A program made the translations under genes and the position numbers. The notes under the pieces were generated by a model. That model was given only the letters and a program-made list of their open reading frames with translations. It was not told the DNA's origin and did no database searches. 32,000 nucleotides of DNA from Candidatus Harpocratesius repetitus. GTDB taxonomy: Archaea; Asgardarchaeota; Lokiarchaeia; Sigyniarchaeales; Promethearchaeaceae. Position 1 is the first letter of the stretch, and each line of letters starts with the position of its first letter. This document shows, in pieces, positions 19,296-28,504 of the stretch. The stretch is taken from NCBI GenBank assembly GCA_021498095.1, contig JAIZWK010000001.1, positions 3,120,001 to 3,152,000 on the forward strand. The letters run 5' to 3'.

Positions 19296-20129
19296 TTGAG
19301 TACAATCCAAGGAAAAAACTTTCTTATGATGTTCGATGTTGTGGAAGGTGGGATAGTTGAACCTATCGAATTTGATAAAAACAAACTAGTCCCAGAAAAA
19401 AGCATAATTGTGATGGATGAAGAAAATCAAACAGTTTGGCTTTGGCACGGTCAAAAGCGGGGATTAGTAGCGCGTAGGACTGCCTTAAGACAAGCAGAAT
19501 CTTTGAAAGGACATGGTTATCAAGCGGGAAATGCGATTATTGGTCGCGATTTACATAAAATCGTTGAAATAGATTCTCGTAAAGTTGGTAGAGAGCCTGA
19601 AACCACCGAACTTTTCAAAAAATTTGAACCAATTTTAGAAGAATCATATGAGCCCATTGGTAACTTAATTTATGTAAGGAAAGATAAGGGATCCAGAAAA
19701 ACTTCATCTTCAAGCAGTTCTTCTAAACCTTCAACTGTTTCTGAAAAGCCAGTTAAGACAAATTCAACACCAAGTAGTTCTTCAAATTCTTCTACTACTC
19801 AAAAAACTACACAAACACATGAAGCGAAAAGAATAGAAGCCCGTCCGGTATTAAAACACGTGGAAAAAACGTCTGAGGTTTCTAAAAAATCCCAATTATC
19901 AGACATTCTTATACAAGGTGCAGTGATTATGGCTATCACTACTCAATATAAAGATCTTTGGATTTCAGTGAAGCCAGACAATTCGTTAGCTTTAGAACAT
20001 ATGGATGGAAAGATTTGTACCTTTAAAGTTCAAAACGGAGAAATTTCATATCTAAATGATAGTTTTGCAGAAGTTCCACCAGATAAAAAAAGTGCAATCG
20101 AAAAGAAAATTGAGGATTATCTTAAATAA
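19296..20129 (+). CDS. Gelsolin-like domain protein with Ser/Thr-rich linker and unknown C-terminal domain
   Basis: IIVMDEENQTVWLWHGQKRGLVARRTALRQAESL matches the gelsolin-repeat core; linker SSSSSSKPSTVSEKP...; TTG start. Confidence 0.7.
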   Translation: MSTIQGKNFLMMFDVVEGGIVEPIEFDKNKLVPEKSIIVMDEENQTVWLWHGQKRGLVARRTALRQAESLKGHGYQAGNAIIGRDLHKIVEIDSRKVGREPETTELFKKFEPILEESYEPIGNLIYVRKDKGSRKTSSSSSSSKPSTVSEKPVKTNSTPSSSSNSSTTQKTTQTHEAKRIEARPVLKHVEKTSEVSKKSQLSDILIQGAVIMAITTQYKDLWISVKPDNSLALEHMDGKICTFKVQNGEISYLNDSFAEVPPDKKSAIEKKIEDYLK

Positions 20130-20206
20130 TATTTAAATTTCTTCTTGTAGAAAAGTTATTGATAAATTTACTTTTTTTCCTTTTAATTGTCAAAATTACC
20201 TTCTTC

Positions 20207-21184
20207 TTATGAAAAAAGCATTTTTCCACCTGCAATAAGCATTATTATGGCTAAAAGCAAAAGAGTCCAAGAACGTGGAATTTTACGAGCAAATTTTGCC
20301 CCTAAAAATGAACCATTCATCATTCCAAAACCCATACTAAGGGCAATTGTCCAATTAATTTCACCTCGAATTCCATATAGAATAACATTGATTATTGAAT
20401 TAAAAAAGATTATTGTAGTAGAAGCAGCAGTTGCATTGTATATTGGAAATCGAATAATATCATAAAGAACAGGAACAATTATGGGGCCACCACCTATTCC
20501 TAAGAAAGATGAAGCGAATCCAGCTAAAAAGAAAAAAGGAATTGCCCATTTTATTCGTTGTTTATTTGAAGGGGAAATAAAAATATTCAATTCATTTTTT
20601 AATTTTGGATTTTGTTGTATTGAATTGTGATCAATGCAGAGATCTGGTGTAATATTTGATTGATCTTGCTTCTTATTAACGATATTTTCCATCTTTTTGT
20701 ACTTCAATTCATGCTTCAATTCATGCTTCAATTCATGCTTCAACTTTGTTGAAACGTTTAAATTATTTTTATATTGAAGATTTTTCTTAGATTTTTCGTT
20801 AAAAATTTTAATGGCTTTCCTTCCATATCGAAATGCAATAAATAACTCAAAACATCCAAAAATCCAATAAAACATCTGAATATTTATGTTTAGAAAAGGA
20901 TATACTAAGAAAAAAGTTAAACTTCCAGCAGCTCCAATCATTGCCATAACTAAAAGTGAGAAAATATGAGTCTTTCCTGCCCGATAATGTGTATAGGCAC
21001 CAATTCCTGATGATAAAAAAATCATGAAGATTGATGTTCCTTTTGCAATCTCAGGTTCAATTTCAAAAATAAGAAGAAAAATAGGCATAACCAAGGGTCC
21101 ACCTCCAATTCCTCCAATAGTGGCAATGGCTCCCACAATAAGACCAATAATTACCAAAAGTAAAAGAAATGCCAATTCTTCCAT
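20207..21184 (-). CDS. TauE/SafE family (sulfite exporter-like) membrane protein
   Basis: Two GIGGGP motifs, AKGTS and ASTT helices, about 8 TM segments; likely start ATG 21184. Confidence 0.88.
   Translation of the reverse strand: MEELAFLLLLVIIGLIVGAIATIGGIGGGPLVMPIFLLIFEIEPEIAKGTSIFMIFLSSGIGAYTHYRAGKTHIFSLLVMAMIGAAGSLTFFLVYPFLNINIQMFYWIFGCFELFIAFRYGRKAIKIFNEKSKKNLQYKNNLNVSTKLKHELKHELKHELKYKKMENIVNKKQDQSNITPDLCIDHNSIQQNPKLKNELNIFISPSNKQRIKWAIPFFFLAGFASSFLGIGGGPIIVPVLYDIIRFPIYNATAASTTIIFFNSIINVILYGIRGEINWTIALSMGFGMMNGSFLGAKFARKIPRSWTLLLLAIIMLIAGGKMLFS
20703..20743. repeat. 12-nt tandem repeat (ttcaattcatgc x3) encoding KHEL x3
   Basis: Read directly; lies in the central hydrophilic loop of the TauE gene. 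Confidence 0.9.
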
Positions 21185-21270
21185 AATTTTAACCAATTTT
21201 TGATAGTTTATCCCGGTATTCTTTAGGTGACGAAATTCTATTTTGATTATTTTATAATAAAAAAAAAGTA

Positions 21271-21300
21271 AAACCAATATATATTGGTTTATATTGGTTT
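21271..21300. promoter_or_regulatory. Perfect 20-bp palindrome plus a repeated half-site; candidate regulator-binding site
   Basis: aaaccaatat-atattggttt followed by a second atattggttt, between divergent tauE-like and abrB-like genes. Confidence 0.45.
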
Positions 21301-21461
21301 TAATCCAATTTAAAGAATTCCAAAAGAAAAGGAAAACAAAAAAAATTTACATCCAAATGCCTTGTATATATTTACTTTTAGTCTGTAATAATAATAACGT
21401 CACTACAATATACTTTAGTACAGCACCAAAGTTAAATTAGAATCTTTCTTCTCTAATTATA

Positions 21462-21653
21462 ATGACCACAATAAATATAGATGAAGTTGCTTTTATTAGT
21501 GAAACTTCACTGACAATAAGAGAAAGTCGTCGTCGAACAACAATTCCTAAGCAAATTGTAGATGCGTTAGATTTAAAGGATGGGGATAGGATTCGTTGGA
21601 TTCTTTTTAATGATAATCGGATTTTAATTACAAAGGTTCCAAAAAAGAAATAA
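21462..21653 (+). CDS. AbrB/MazE/SpoVT-family DNA-binding protein
   Basis: RRTTIPKQIVDALDLKDGDRIRW swapped-hairpin signature. Confidence 0.85.
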   Translation: MTTINIDEVAFISETSLTIRESRRRTTIPKQIVDALDLKDGDRIRWILFNDNRILITKVPKKK

Positions 21654-21722
21654 AAGGACATAAAAAGACATAAAAAAGATATTTTTTTCTTTCATTTAAA
21701 AAGTACAAAGGTGGGAAATAAC

Positions 21723-21730
21723 TTTATAAA
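21723..21730 (+). promoter_or_regulatory. Candidate TATA box for the DNA ligase gene
   Basis: tttataaa begins 35 nt upstream of ATG 21758, with a purine-rich BRE-like stretch upstream. Confidence 0.4.
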
Positions 21731-21757
21731 ATTCCACATTTATGAATAGGTACAGCA

Positions 21758-23578
21758 ATGGATTTTAATTACTTGGTCACCTTTTATGAACGAATCGCTT
21801 CTACCCCAAAACGATTAGAAATTACATCTATTTTAGCAGAATTATTTGAACAATGCAAATCTCTTGAAAATCTTTCGGATTTACCTAAAATAATTTATTT
21901 AACACAAGGAAGATTAGGATCTGAAATAGAAGATTGGCCGAAGTTTGGTGTGGCTGAGAAAATGATCGTCCAAGCATTAATTAAATTCACTGGCCGATCT
22001 GAAAACACAATTAAGGATTTGATAAATAAAAAGGGCGATGTTGGTGAAGCGGTTCAAACTATATTAGAACTTAGGGAAAAGAAGAAAGTAGGTTTTTCAT
22101 TAGATGCATTCACTACACCAAAATCAGGAATAAAAAAAACAAATGTACTTGAAATCGAACATTTATATCGAGAACTTGAAAAACTTTCTCTAACAACAGG
22201 TGAAGGTTCTCAAGATACAAAAATCAACATTATTATGGGATTATTTCGCTTATCGCGACCGGTTAGTGCAAAATATATAATTAATATAATTTTAGCCAAT
22301 TTAAGAATTGGACTAGCTGAAATGACGATATTAGATGCCTTAGCGATTGCATTTACCGGTAATAAAGAAAATAGAGATAAAATCCTATATGCTTACAATA
22401 TTCATCCAGATTTAGGAGAAATTGCTTATATTCTTGCAACCAAAGGAATAACTGAAATTGAGAAGTTAAAGGTTCAAGTTGGAATCCCAATTAGAATGAT
22501 GCTTGCTTCTCGGATTCAATATTATCAAATTCAACAAAAACTAGGTGGTAAAGAATTCTTTGGAGAATATAAATACGATGGAGAGCGTGTTCAAGTTCAT
22601 AAAAATGGCGACTCGGTTGTACTTTTTTCCAGAAAATTAAAGGTTATTTCAGAACAATATCCTGATGTCGTTGAAACTGTTAAAAAACAGGTAAAGGCAG
22701 AAAAGGCAATTTTTGAAGGTGAAATCGTTGCTATGGATAAATTTTTAGAAAAAATGCTTCCATTTCAAGTATTAAGCACGCGGCGTCGAAAGTATGATAT
22801 TACAAAATCAATTCAAGATGTTCCAGTTTGTTTATTTTGCTTTGATATATTATTTCTTCATCCAGCCAAAGAATCAGAAAAATCTTCTGGAAACGTTATG
22901 TTTTTGCCATTTGAAGAACGACGAGAAATATTACAGAAAATAATAATTCCTTCTGATCATATTCGATTATCTATAGGTAAAATTCTTCAATCAACAGAGG
23001 AAATGGTTGAATTTTTTAAAGAAGCGCGTTCTATGGGTGCAGAAGGAATAATGAATAAAAAAATGGGTAATGATGCTATCTATCGTGCAGGAAATCGTGG
23101 ATTTCTTTGGATTAAACTTAAAGGACTTGAAGGAGCAAAAATGAAAGATACCATCGATGTGGTAATAATCGGGGCATCATGGGGCAAAGGAAGGCGGAAG
23201 GGATTTCTAAGCCCATTTTTTGGAGCAGTTTTTAACAAAGACACAGCTAAATTTGAATTTTTAACCAGGATTGGTTCAGGTTTCTCAGATGAAATGTTGA
23301 ACACTCTTACAGAACGATTTAAAACACTTGAATTGAAGAAGCAACCATCCGATGTAATTTGCTCTGATAAACCAGATGTTTGGTTCAAGCCGGAAGTAGT
23401 TATGGAAATTATGGGAGATGAACTAACCATAAGTAATAAAGCTGATGCAGGTGCAACACCTACTGATCCAAATGGATACGGTCTTCGATTTCCTGTATTT
23501 CAGCGCCTTCGAGAAGATAAATCACCACTTGATATTACCACTACACAAGAAATCGTGCAATTATATCAAACCCAATGA
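21758..23578 (+). CDS. lig: Archaeal ATP-dependent DNA ligase
   Basis: Motif I EYKYDGERVQVH, III FEGEI, IIIa FDIL, IV EGIMNK, V WIKLK, VI LRFPVFQRLREDK. Confidence 0.97.
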   Translation: MDFNYLVTFYERIASTPKRLEITSILAELFEQCKSLENLSDLPKIIYLTQGRLGSEIEDWPKFGVAEKMIVQALIKFTGRSENTIKDLINKKGDVGEAVQTILELREKKKVGFSLDAFTTPKSGIKKTNVLEIEHLYRELEKLSLTTGEGSQDTKINIIMGLFRLSRPVSAKYIINIILANLRIGLAEMTILDALAIAFTGNKENRDKILYAYNIHPDLGEIAYILATKGITEIEKLKVQVGIPIRMMLASRIQYYQIQQKLGGKEFFGEYKYDGERVQVHKNGDSVVLFSRKLKVISEQYPDVVETVKKQVKAEKAIFEGEIVAMDKFLEKMLPFQVLSTRRRKYDITKSIQDVPVCLFCFDILFLHPAKESEKSSGNVMFLPFEERREILQKIIIPSDHIRLSIGKILQSTEEMVEFFKEARSMGAEGIMNKKMGNDAIYRAGNRGFLWIKLKGLEGAKMKDTIDVVIIGASWGKGRRKGFLSPFFGAVFNKDTAKFEFLTRIGSGFSDEMLNTLTERFKTLELKKQPSDVICSDKPDVWFKPEVVMEIMGDELTISNKADAGATPTDPNGYGLRFPVFQRLREDKSPLDITTTQEIVQLYQTQ

Positions 23579-23739
23579 GATGACAAGCGGAATTGAAAAA
23601 TAAAAAATGAGATCAAGAAAATATAAAGAAATTATAAAGAAATAATAAGAAAATTAAATAAGAAAGTGAAAATAAGAAAATTACATAAGAATATAAAATA
23701 AAAATATGAAATTAAGAAAATGAAAATGGGAAAAAAGCT

Positions 23740-25284
23740 CTATATTCGCTCGATTGTCATACCTCCTAAAATTTGAGGCTTGTGATTCTTATAATACTCA
23801 ACAGCTTCTGCAAGTTTTTCCTCACTGTCGGAATAAATTTGAAAAAGTAAATCTCCTTTTGAAACTTGAGCACCAATTTTCTTATCAATAACTATTCCAG
23901 CTTGCTTTGATCCAGGGCATCCAGCAATTTTTGCAATTCGGTTAATATATGCATTTTCAATTTCAGTTACATATCCTTCTTCTTCAGAATACATCTCAGC
24001 ATGATAAGGTCCAATTTTAATTTCTTCAGGAGTTATTTCAGGATTTCCACCTTGAGCTTTAATAATTTGCTTCATTGCCTCATAAGCTTTTCCAGATTTC
24101 AAAATTTCTTTAGCTAGGTTTTTACCTTTTCCCAACTCGACCTTTCCTGCCATTTCTAACAATATTCCTGCCAATTCACACGATTTATTTCTCAAACTAG
24201 CAGGTCCTGCATTGTAATCACGCAATAATCTAAGTGCTTCTTGAGCTTCTAAAGCAGGTCCTACTGCATGACCAATTGGCTGATTTGCGGAGGTGAGTAA
24301 GCATACTGTCTCAATCCCCACCTTTTTTGCAATTAGTTTAAATCTTTCGGCATATTTTCGCCCATGTTCAGGAGTAGGAAATTTCGTTCCCTTGCCACAA
24401 GGAATATCTAAAACAAGCTTTTTGACTCCCATGCTCATTTTTTTGCATAGAATTGAAGCAATCATAATTGGAAAAGGATCCATTGAAAGGGGTTTTTCGA
24501 TTCTAATAAAAGTGTTATCTGCAGGAGCAGAATCCAAAGCACCCCCCCATAAAATTCCCGCTTGTTCTGTCCGTAGAATCTCTAAAACACGTTCTTTTGT
24601 AAACGAAACAGGTGCTAATACTTCCATACTATCTGCTGTCCCAGAAGGAGATGTAATTGCTCTAGTAGATGTCTTTGGAATGAATAAACCGGCTGAAGCT
24701 ACTATTGGAACGATAATTAAAGTTACTTTATTTCCAGGAACTCCTCCAGTAGAGTGTTTATCATAAACATCAGGTCCAAAATCAAGGATTTCCCCAGAAT
24801 GCGCCATAGCAAGAGTTAAATCTACAACCTCTTCATCACTTAATCCACGTACTTCCAATCCTGTAATAAATGCAGCAATTTCAATGGGAAGAAGATTACC
24901 ACGTGTAGCATCATTAACAATTTCAGTAATTTCTTCTGAAGATAGCGTCTTCCCCTTTATTTTTGCTTTAATTGCTTCAAATGATTTTGGTTTAGAAGAT
25001 AACTGAATATCTACATCTTGGATCTCACTTTGTGGTAAAAGATCTTGAAGCTTTTGGTGTACTTCATCATATAAACCAATTTCACCTCTGTGGATCAACC
25101 CTTCTCCTGTTGCATGATCAACTACTGCCACTATTGGTTTAGTTCGATTACCTGTATTACTAATCGGATAAATTTTTACCCGATCTCCCAGTTTTGCGCC
25201 CATCATAAAAGCATCATCATCGTCCATAACAACAATAGAAACATTTCCAGAAGATATTCCCAGTTTTTTAATTTTGAACTTCAT
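23740..25284 (-). CDS. AMP phosphorylase (thymidine phosphorylase family), paralogue 1
   Basis: DKHSTGGVPGNK, PKTSTRAITSPSGTAD, WGGALDSAPAD, SMDP, QPIGHAVGPALEA. Real start is ATG 25284; the 25428 extension overlaps the divergent kinase. Confidence 0.93.
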   Translation of the reverse strand: MKFKIKKLGISSGNVSIVVMDDDDAFMMGAKLGDRVKIYPISNTGNRTKPIVAVVDHATGEGLIHRGEIGLYDEVHQKLQDLLPQSEIQDVDIQLSSKPKSFEAIKAKIKGKTLSSEEITEIVNDATRGNLLPIEIAAFITGLEVRGLSDEEVVDLTLAMAHSGEILDFGPDVYDKHSTGGVPGNKVTLIIVPIVASAGLFIPKTSTRAITSPSGTADSMEVLAPVSFTKERVLEILRTEQAGILWGGALDSAPADNTFIRIEKPLSMDPFPIMIASILCKKMSMGVKKLVLDIPCGKGTKFPTPEHGRKYAERFKLIAKKVGIETVCLLTSANQPIGHAVGPALEAQEALRLLRDYNAGPASLRNKSCELAGILLEMAGKVELGKGKNLAKEILKSGKAYEAMKQIIKAQGGNPEITPEEIKIGPYHAEMYSEEEGYVTEIENAYINRIAKIAGCPGSKQAGIVIDKKIGAQVSKGDLLFQIYSDSEEKLAEAVEYYKNHKPQILGGMTIERI

Positions 25285-25394
25285 TTTATTACACCAAGTT
25301 TGGATCAGATGCTCGATCTTAAATGCTTTATGGGATAATTTAAATAATCTAAAACAGAACATTTTTTCGTGATCTTTTTTTACTTGATGATAAA

Positions 25395-26369
25395 ATGAAT
25401 GAGATATCGAGTATACCAGTAGGATCATCCCATCAATATCTAGAAATCAATGTTCCAGGGCGAATTTGTTTATTGGGAGATAAAATAGATTTAGCCAACC
25501 TTCCTGTAATTGGATGTGCTATTGACTGCTTAGCAACTATAAAAATAAGAAAGCTATCTCAACCAGTTGTACGAATTTTTTCTAAAACATTTCAGAGAGG
25601 TCTGGAATATAATTTAGGTGAAAAAGGAGATTGGGAACACCCTTTAAAATACTGGTGCGCAATCATCTATCGATTATGGAAGAAAATTGATGGATTTGAA
25701 GCCATCTTAACATCAAATATTCCTGTTGGAGCAGGTGTTTCATCCTCAGCAGCAATTTCAGTAGGATTAATTCAAGCACTCAATTCATTATTTCAATTAA
25801 AAATGTCAACTTTGGAGATTGCTGAACTTGCTTATCGAACAGAACATGATGATCTGGGCATAATGTGTGGAAGATTAGATCAATACTCAATTGCTTTTGG
25901 AGGTGTTTCATTTATCAATACAGGTGAGACTCCTTCAGTCGAAAAAATTCCAATTTCAACATTGCCGATTATTTTAGCGGACTCCGGCGATTCACGGCAA
26001 GCTCAAGTGGTTTTACAGCGAATAAAAACACAATTGAAGCAAGATGATCCATTAGTGTTGAACTGTTTTCAAAAAATTCATTTAGGAGTAAAGGAGTGCC
26101 GTACTGCTTTAATTGAAGGTGATTTTGAGAGAATTGGCAAGTTGATGAATTTACAGCAAGAACAAGAGCGATTGATGAAAACAACGACTTCAAAATTAGA
26201 TAAAATGTGTGAAGCAGCATTAAGAGCAGGAGCTTTAGGAGCCAAACAAATTGGTGCGGGAGGGGGAGGGAGTATGATTGCTTTATGCCCTTTACACACT
26301 GAAGATGTTATTCAAGCTCTGAAAAAAGTTGGTGCAACTGTAAGGAAATTTGATATATTTAATTATTAA
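25395..26369 (+). CDS. GHMP-family sugar kinase (galactokinase/mevalonate kinase-like)
   Basis: PGRICLLGDKID, PVGAGVSSSAA, CGRLDQYSIAFGG, GAKQIGAGGGGS. Confidence 0.9.
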   Translation: MNEISSIPVGSSHQYLEINVPGRICLLGDKIDLANLPVIGCAIDCLATIKIRKLSQPVVRIFSKTFQRGLEYNLGEKGDWEHPLKYWCAIIYRLWKKIDGFEAILTSNIPVGAGVSSSAAISVGLIQALNSLFQLKMSTLEIAELAYRTEHDDLGIMCGRLDQYSIAFGGVSFINTGETPSVEKIPISTLPIILADSGDSRQAQVVLQRIKTQLKQDDPLVLNCFQKIHLGVKECRTALIEGDFERIGKLMNLQQEQERLMKTTTSKLDKMCEAALRAGALGAKQIGAGGGGSMIALCPLHTEDVIQALKKVGATVRKFDIFNY

Positions 26370-26403
26370 CAATAATCAGCATACTATTTTGATAAATTTA
26401 TTC

Positions 26404-27942
26404 TTATATTTTTTCTATGGTCATGCTTCCCATTCCAATTGGAGGATGAGAATTATAGTATTCAAGAGCTGCATCTAATTCGGTTTGGCTTTCAGCATAT
26501 ATGCGAAATACAACGTCTCCAGGCTGAATTTTTGTGCCAATTTTTTTTTCTAACTCAATACCTGCCTTTTTATTCCCTGGACAACCCGCCAATTTCGCAA
26601 TTTGATTTATTGAATGATTATCGATCGAAGCTACTATTCCCTCAATTTCTGATCGAATTTCGATTGAATAGGAACCTACAGAAATATCTTCAGGTCGGAT
26701 ATTGGGATTACCCCCTTGAGCTTGAATAATAGCCCTCATTTTTTGAAGTGCCTTTCCGGATAACAAAATTTCCATTGCAAGTTCCTTTCCATGACCATCT
26801 GGTGCCTTACCTGCCATTTCAAGAAGGATTCCAGCTAAATCAGTTGATTTATTCAATAAACTTGAAGGACCTAATTGAGGGTTGTGTAACAGTCGTAATG
26901 CCTCTCTAGCTTCTAAAGCAGGACCTACAGCATGTCCTATTGGTTGTTCTGCTGAAGTTAATACGCAAGTTGTTTCAATTCCGATTCGTCGGGCAATCTC
27001 TTTGAATCTTATGGCAAATTTCTTTCCCTTACCAATTGTTGGAAATTTAGTTCCAGGACCGACAGGAATATCCAAAACAAGCTTCTTTACACCCATAGCC
27101 ATTTTTTTAGAAAGAATTGAAGAGATCATTAGATCAAGCGGATCTATACTTAAGATTTTTTGAATGCTTAATAATACATCAGTTGCAGGGCTTGAATTCA
27201 TGGAACCAGCCCAAAATATTCCCGCATGTTCCTTCTCAAGAATTTGAAGCATTTCTTCCTTTGAATATGTCACATTAGCAAAAACTTCCATGCTATCTGC
27301 TGTTCCTGATGGGCTGGTAATCGCTCTTGTACTTGTTTTGGGGATCAATAAACCTGAAGCAGAAATTATAGGAACGATTATCAGAGAAATTTTATTCCCA
27401 GGGACTCCACCTGTAGAATGTTTATCATAACAATCTTCCCCAAAATCGAGAATATCTCCAGAATTTGCCAGATTATAGACTAAATCCACAATTTCATCGT
27501 CGATCAAACCATTTATGTGAACACCTATAATAAAAGCAGCTAATTCTACATTTAGCAATTTTTCTTCAGCACAATCTTTGACAATCTCTATGATATCTTG
27601 TGTGGAAAGTGTTTTTCCTTCTATTTTTCTTTTAATAGCACTAAATGATTTAGGTCGATTTGCTTTAATTAATTCTACGCCAGAATGTGGAAGATCCCTC
27701 TTGATTTTTTCTCCAATCTCATCATAAAGCCCAACACAACCCTTTGAGAGTAATTCTTCATTAGTGGCGAAGTCAACTATTGCAATTATTCCTGGCTCTT
27801 TAATTCTACCCACTTCATTAATGGGAAATACTCTAACACGATCACCTTGCTTAACGCCTAGATTGAAGGCGTCATCAGGATGCATTACAACAATTTTAAC
27901 TCCTCCAGTGGATAAGCCAAAGAATTTAGTTTCAAATCGCAT
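26404..27942 (-). CDS. AMP phosphorylase family, paralogue 2
   Basis: DKHSTGGVPGNK, PKTSTRAITSPSGTAD, SIDP, QPIGHAVGPALEA; ATG 27942 (or TTG 27948). Confidence 0.9.
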   Translation of the reverse strand: MRFETKFFGLSTGGVKIVVMHPDDAFNLGVKQGDRVRVFPINEVGRIKEPGIIAIVDFATNEELLSKGCVGLYDEIGEKIKRDLPHSGVELIKANRPKSFSAIKRKIEGKTLSTQDIIEIVKDCAEEKLLNVELAAFIIGVHINGLIDDEIVDLVYNLANSGDILDFGEDCYDKHSTGGVPGNKISLIIVPIISASGLLIPKTSTRAITSPSGTADSMEVFANVTYSKEEMLQILEKEHAGIFWAGSMNSSPATDVLLSIQKILSIDPLDLMISSILSKKMAMGVKKLVLDIPVGPGTKFPTIGKGKKFAIRFKEIARRIGIETTCVLTSAEQPIGHAVGPALEAREALRLLHNPQLGPSSLLNKSTDLAGILLEMAGKAPDGHGKELAMEILLSGKALQKMRAIIQAQGGNPNIRPEDISVGSYSIEIRSEIEGIVASIDNHSINQIAKLAGCPGNKKAGIELEKKIGTKIQPGDVVFRIYAESQTELDAALEYYNSHPPIGMGSMTIEKI

Positions 27943-27972
27943 TTTCAATTAATTACCATTTTACTTCATTAC

Positions 27973-28452
27973 TTAAATAGTTAGATATATCTTCTTCTTA
28001 TCTAAAATGTATGCACAAAACCATAACAATGCTACATTTACCAAGCCAATTACAATTATAATACCCCATGAAATTGTTTCAGGTATAATTATTACAGTTA
28101 TCGCAAGAATAATGGCATGAATTATATAGAGAACAAACGAATTTCTTCCTTGTGGGCGAAAAATCGAATTATTACAGCAGCTCAACTCTTTATGTTCAAG
28201 AATATACCATAACAAAATTAAAAATAAAGCACCTAGTCCAATTGAAAGAGAGATATATGAGAAATTTACCCTATGTTTACTTATTCCTAAAAAAATTGAA
28301 GAAATAATGCCAATAATTGAAAAGGATGCACCAAATATGATAATACTTAAAATCCTCTTCTCTTGAAATAATTCGCCAATAATTGTTGCAATAATCATCA
28401 TTATCGCCCAACCAATTCCACCAATTATTCCACCATGAGAATAATTAGTATT
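27973..28452 (-). pseudogene. C-terminal half of a DUF1624/HGSNAT-like membrane protein
   Basis: Frame open from about 28452 (HGGIIGGIGWAIMMIIATIIGE...GRNSFVLYIIH). The N-terminal half is missing and there is no room for it before the next gene. Confidence 0.5.
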
Positions 28453-28504
28453 TTATATGTTGTGTAAAGAGCGAAAAAAAAGGAATAAGATTAAAGAATA
28501 TTTG

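Noticed and set aside
21707-21741. Imperfect inverted repeat (aaaggtgg...ccacattt) around the ligase TATA box
   Set aside because: Only 7/8 matches with a long spacer; expected by chance.
23579-23739. A-rich low-complexity spacer between ligase and AMP phosphorylase
   Set aside because: Consistent with a T-rich terminator region on the minus strand; no discrete repeat unit or ORF.
25285-25428. 48-aa N-terminal extension of AMP phosphorylase 1 in the ORF track
   Set aside because: Overlaps the divergent kinase start, and paralogue 2 begins at the position equivalent to ATG 25284.
4237-27952. Numerous short ORFs nested antisense or out of frame in real genes (e.g. 6279, 7948, 9810, 10979, 12382, 17169, 23080, 24293, 26078, 26882)
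   Set aside because: Fully overlap well-supported CDSs and carry no recognisable motifs.
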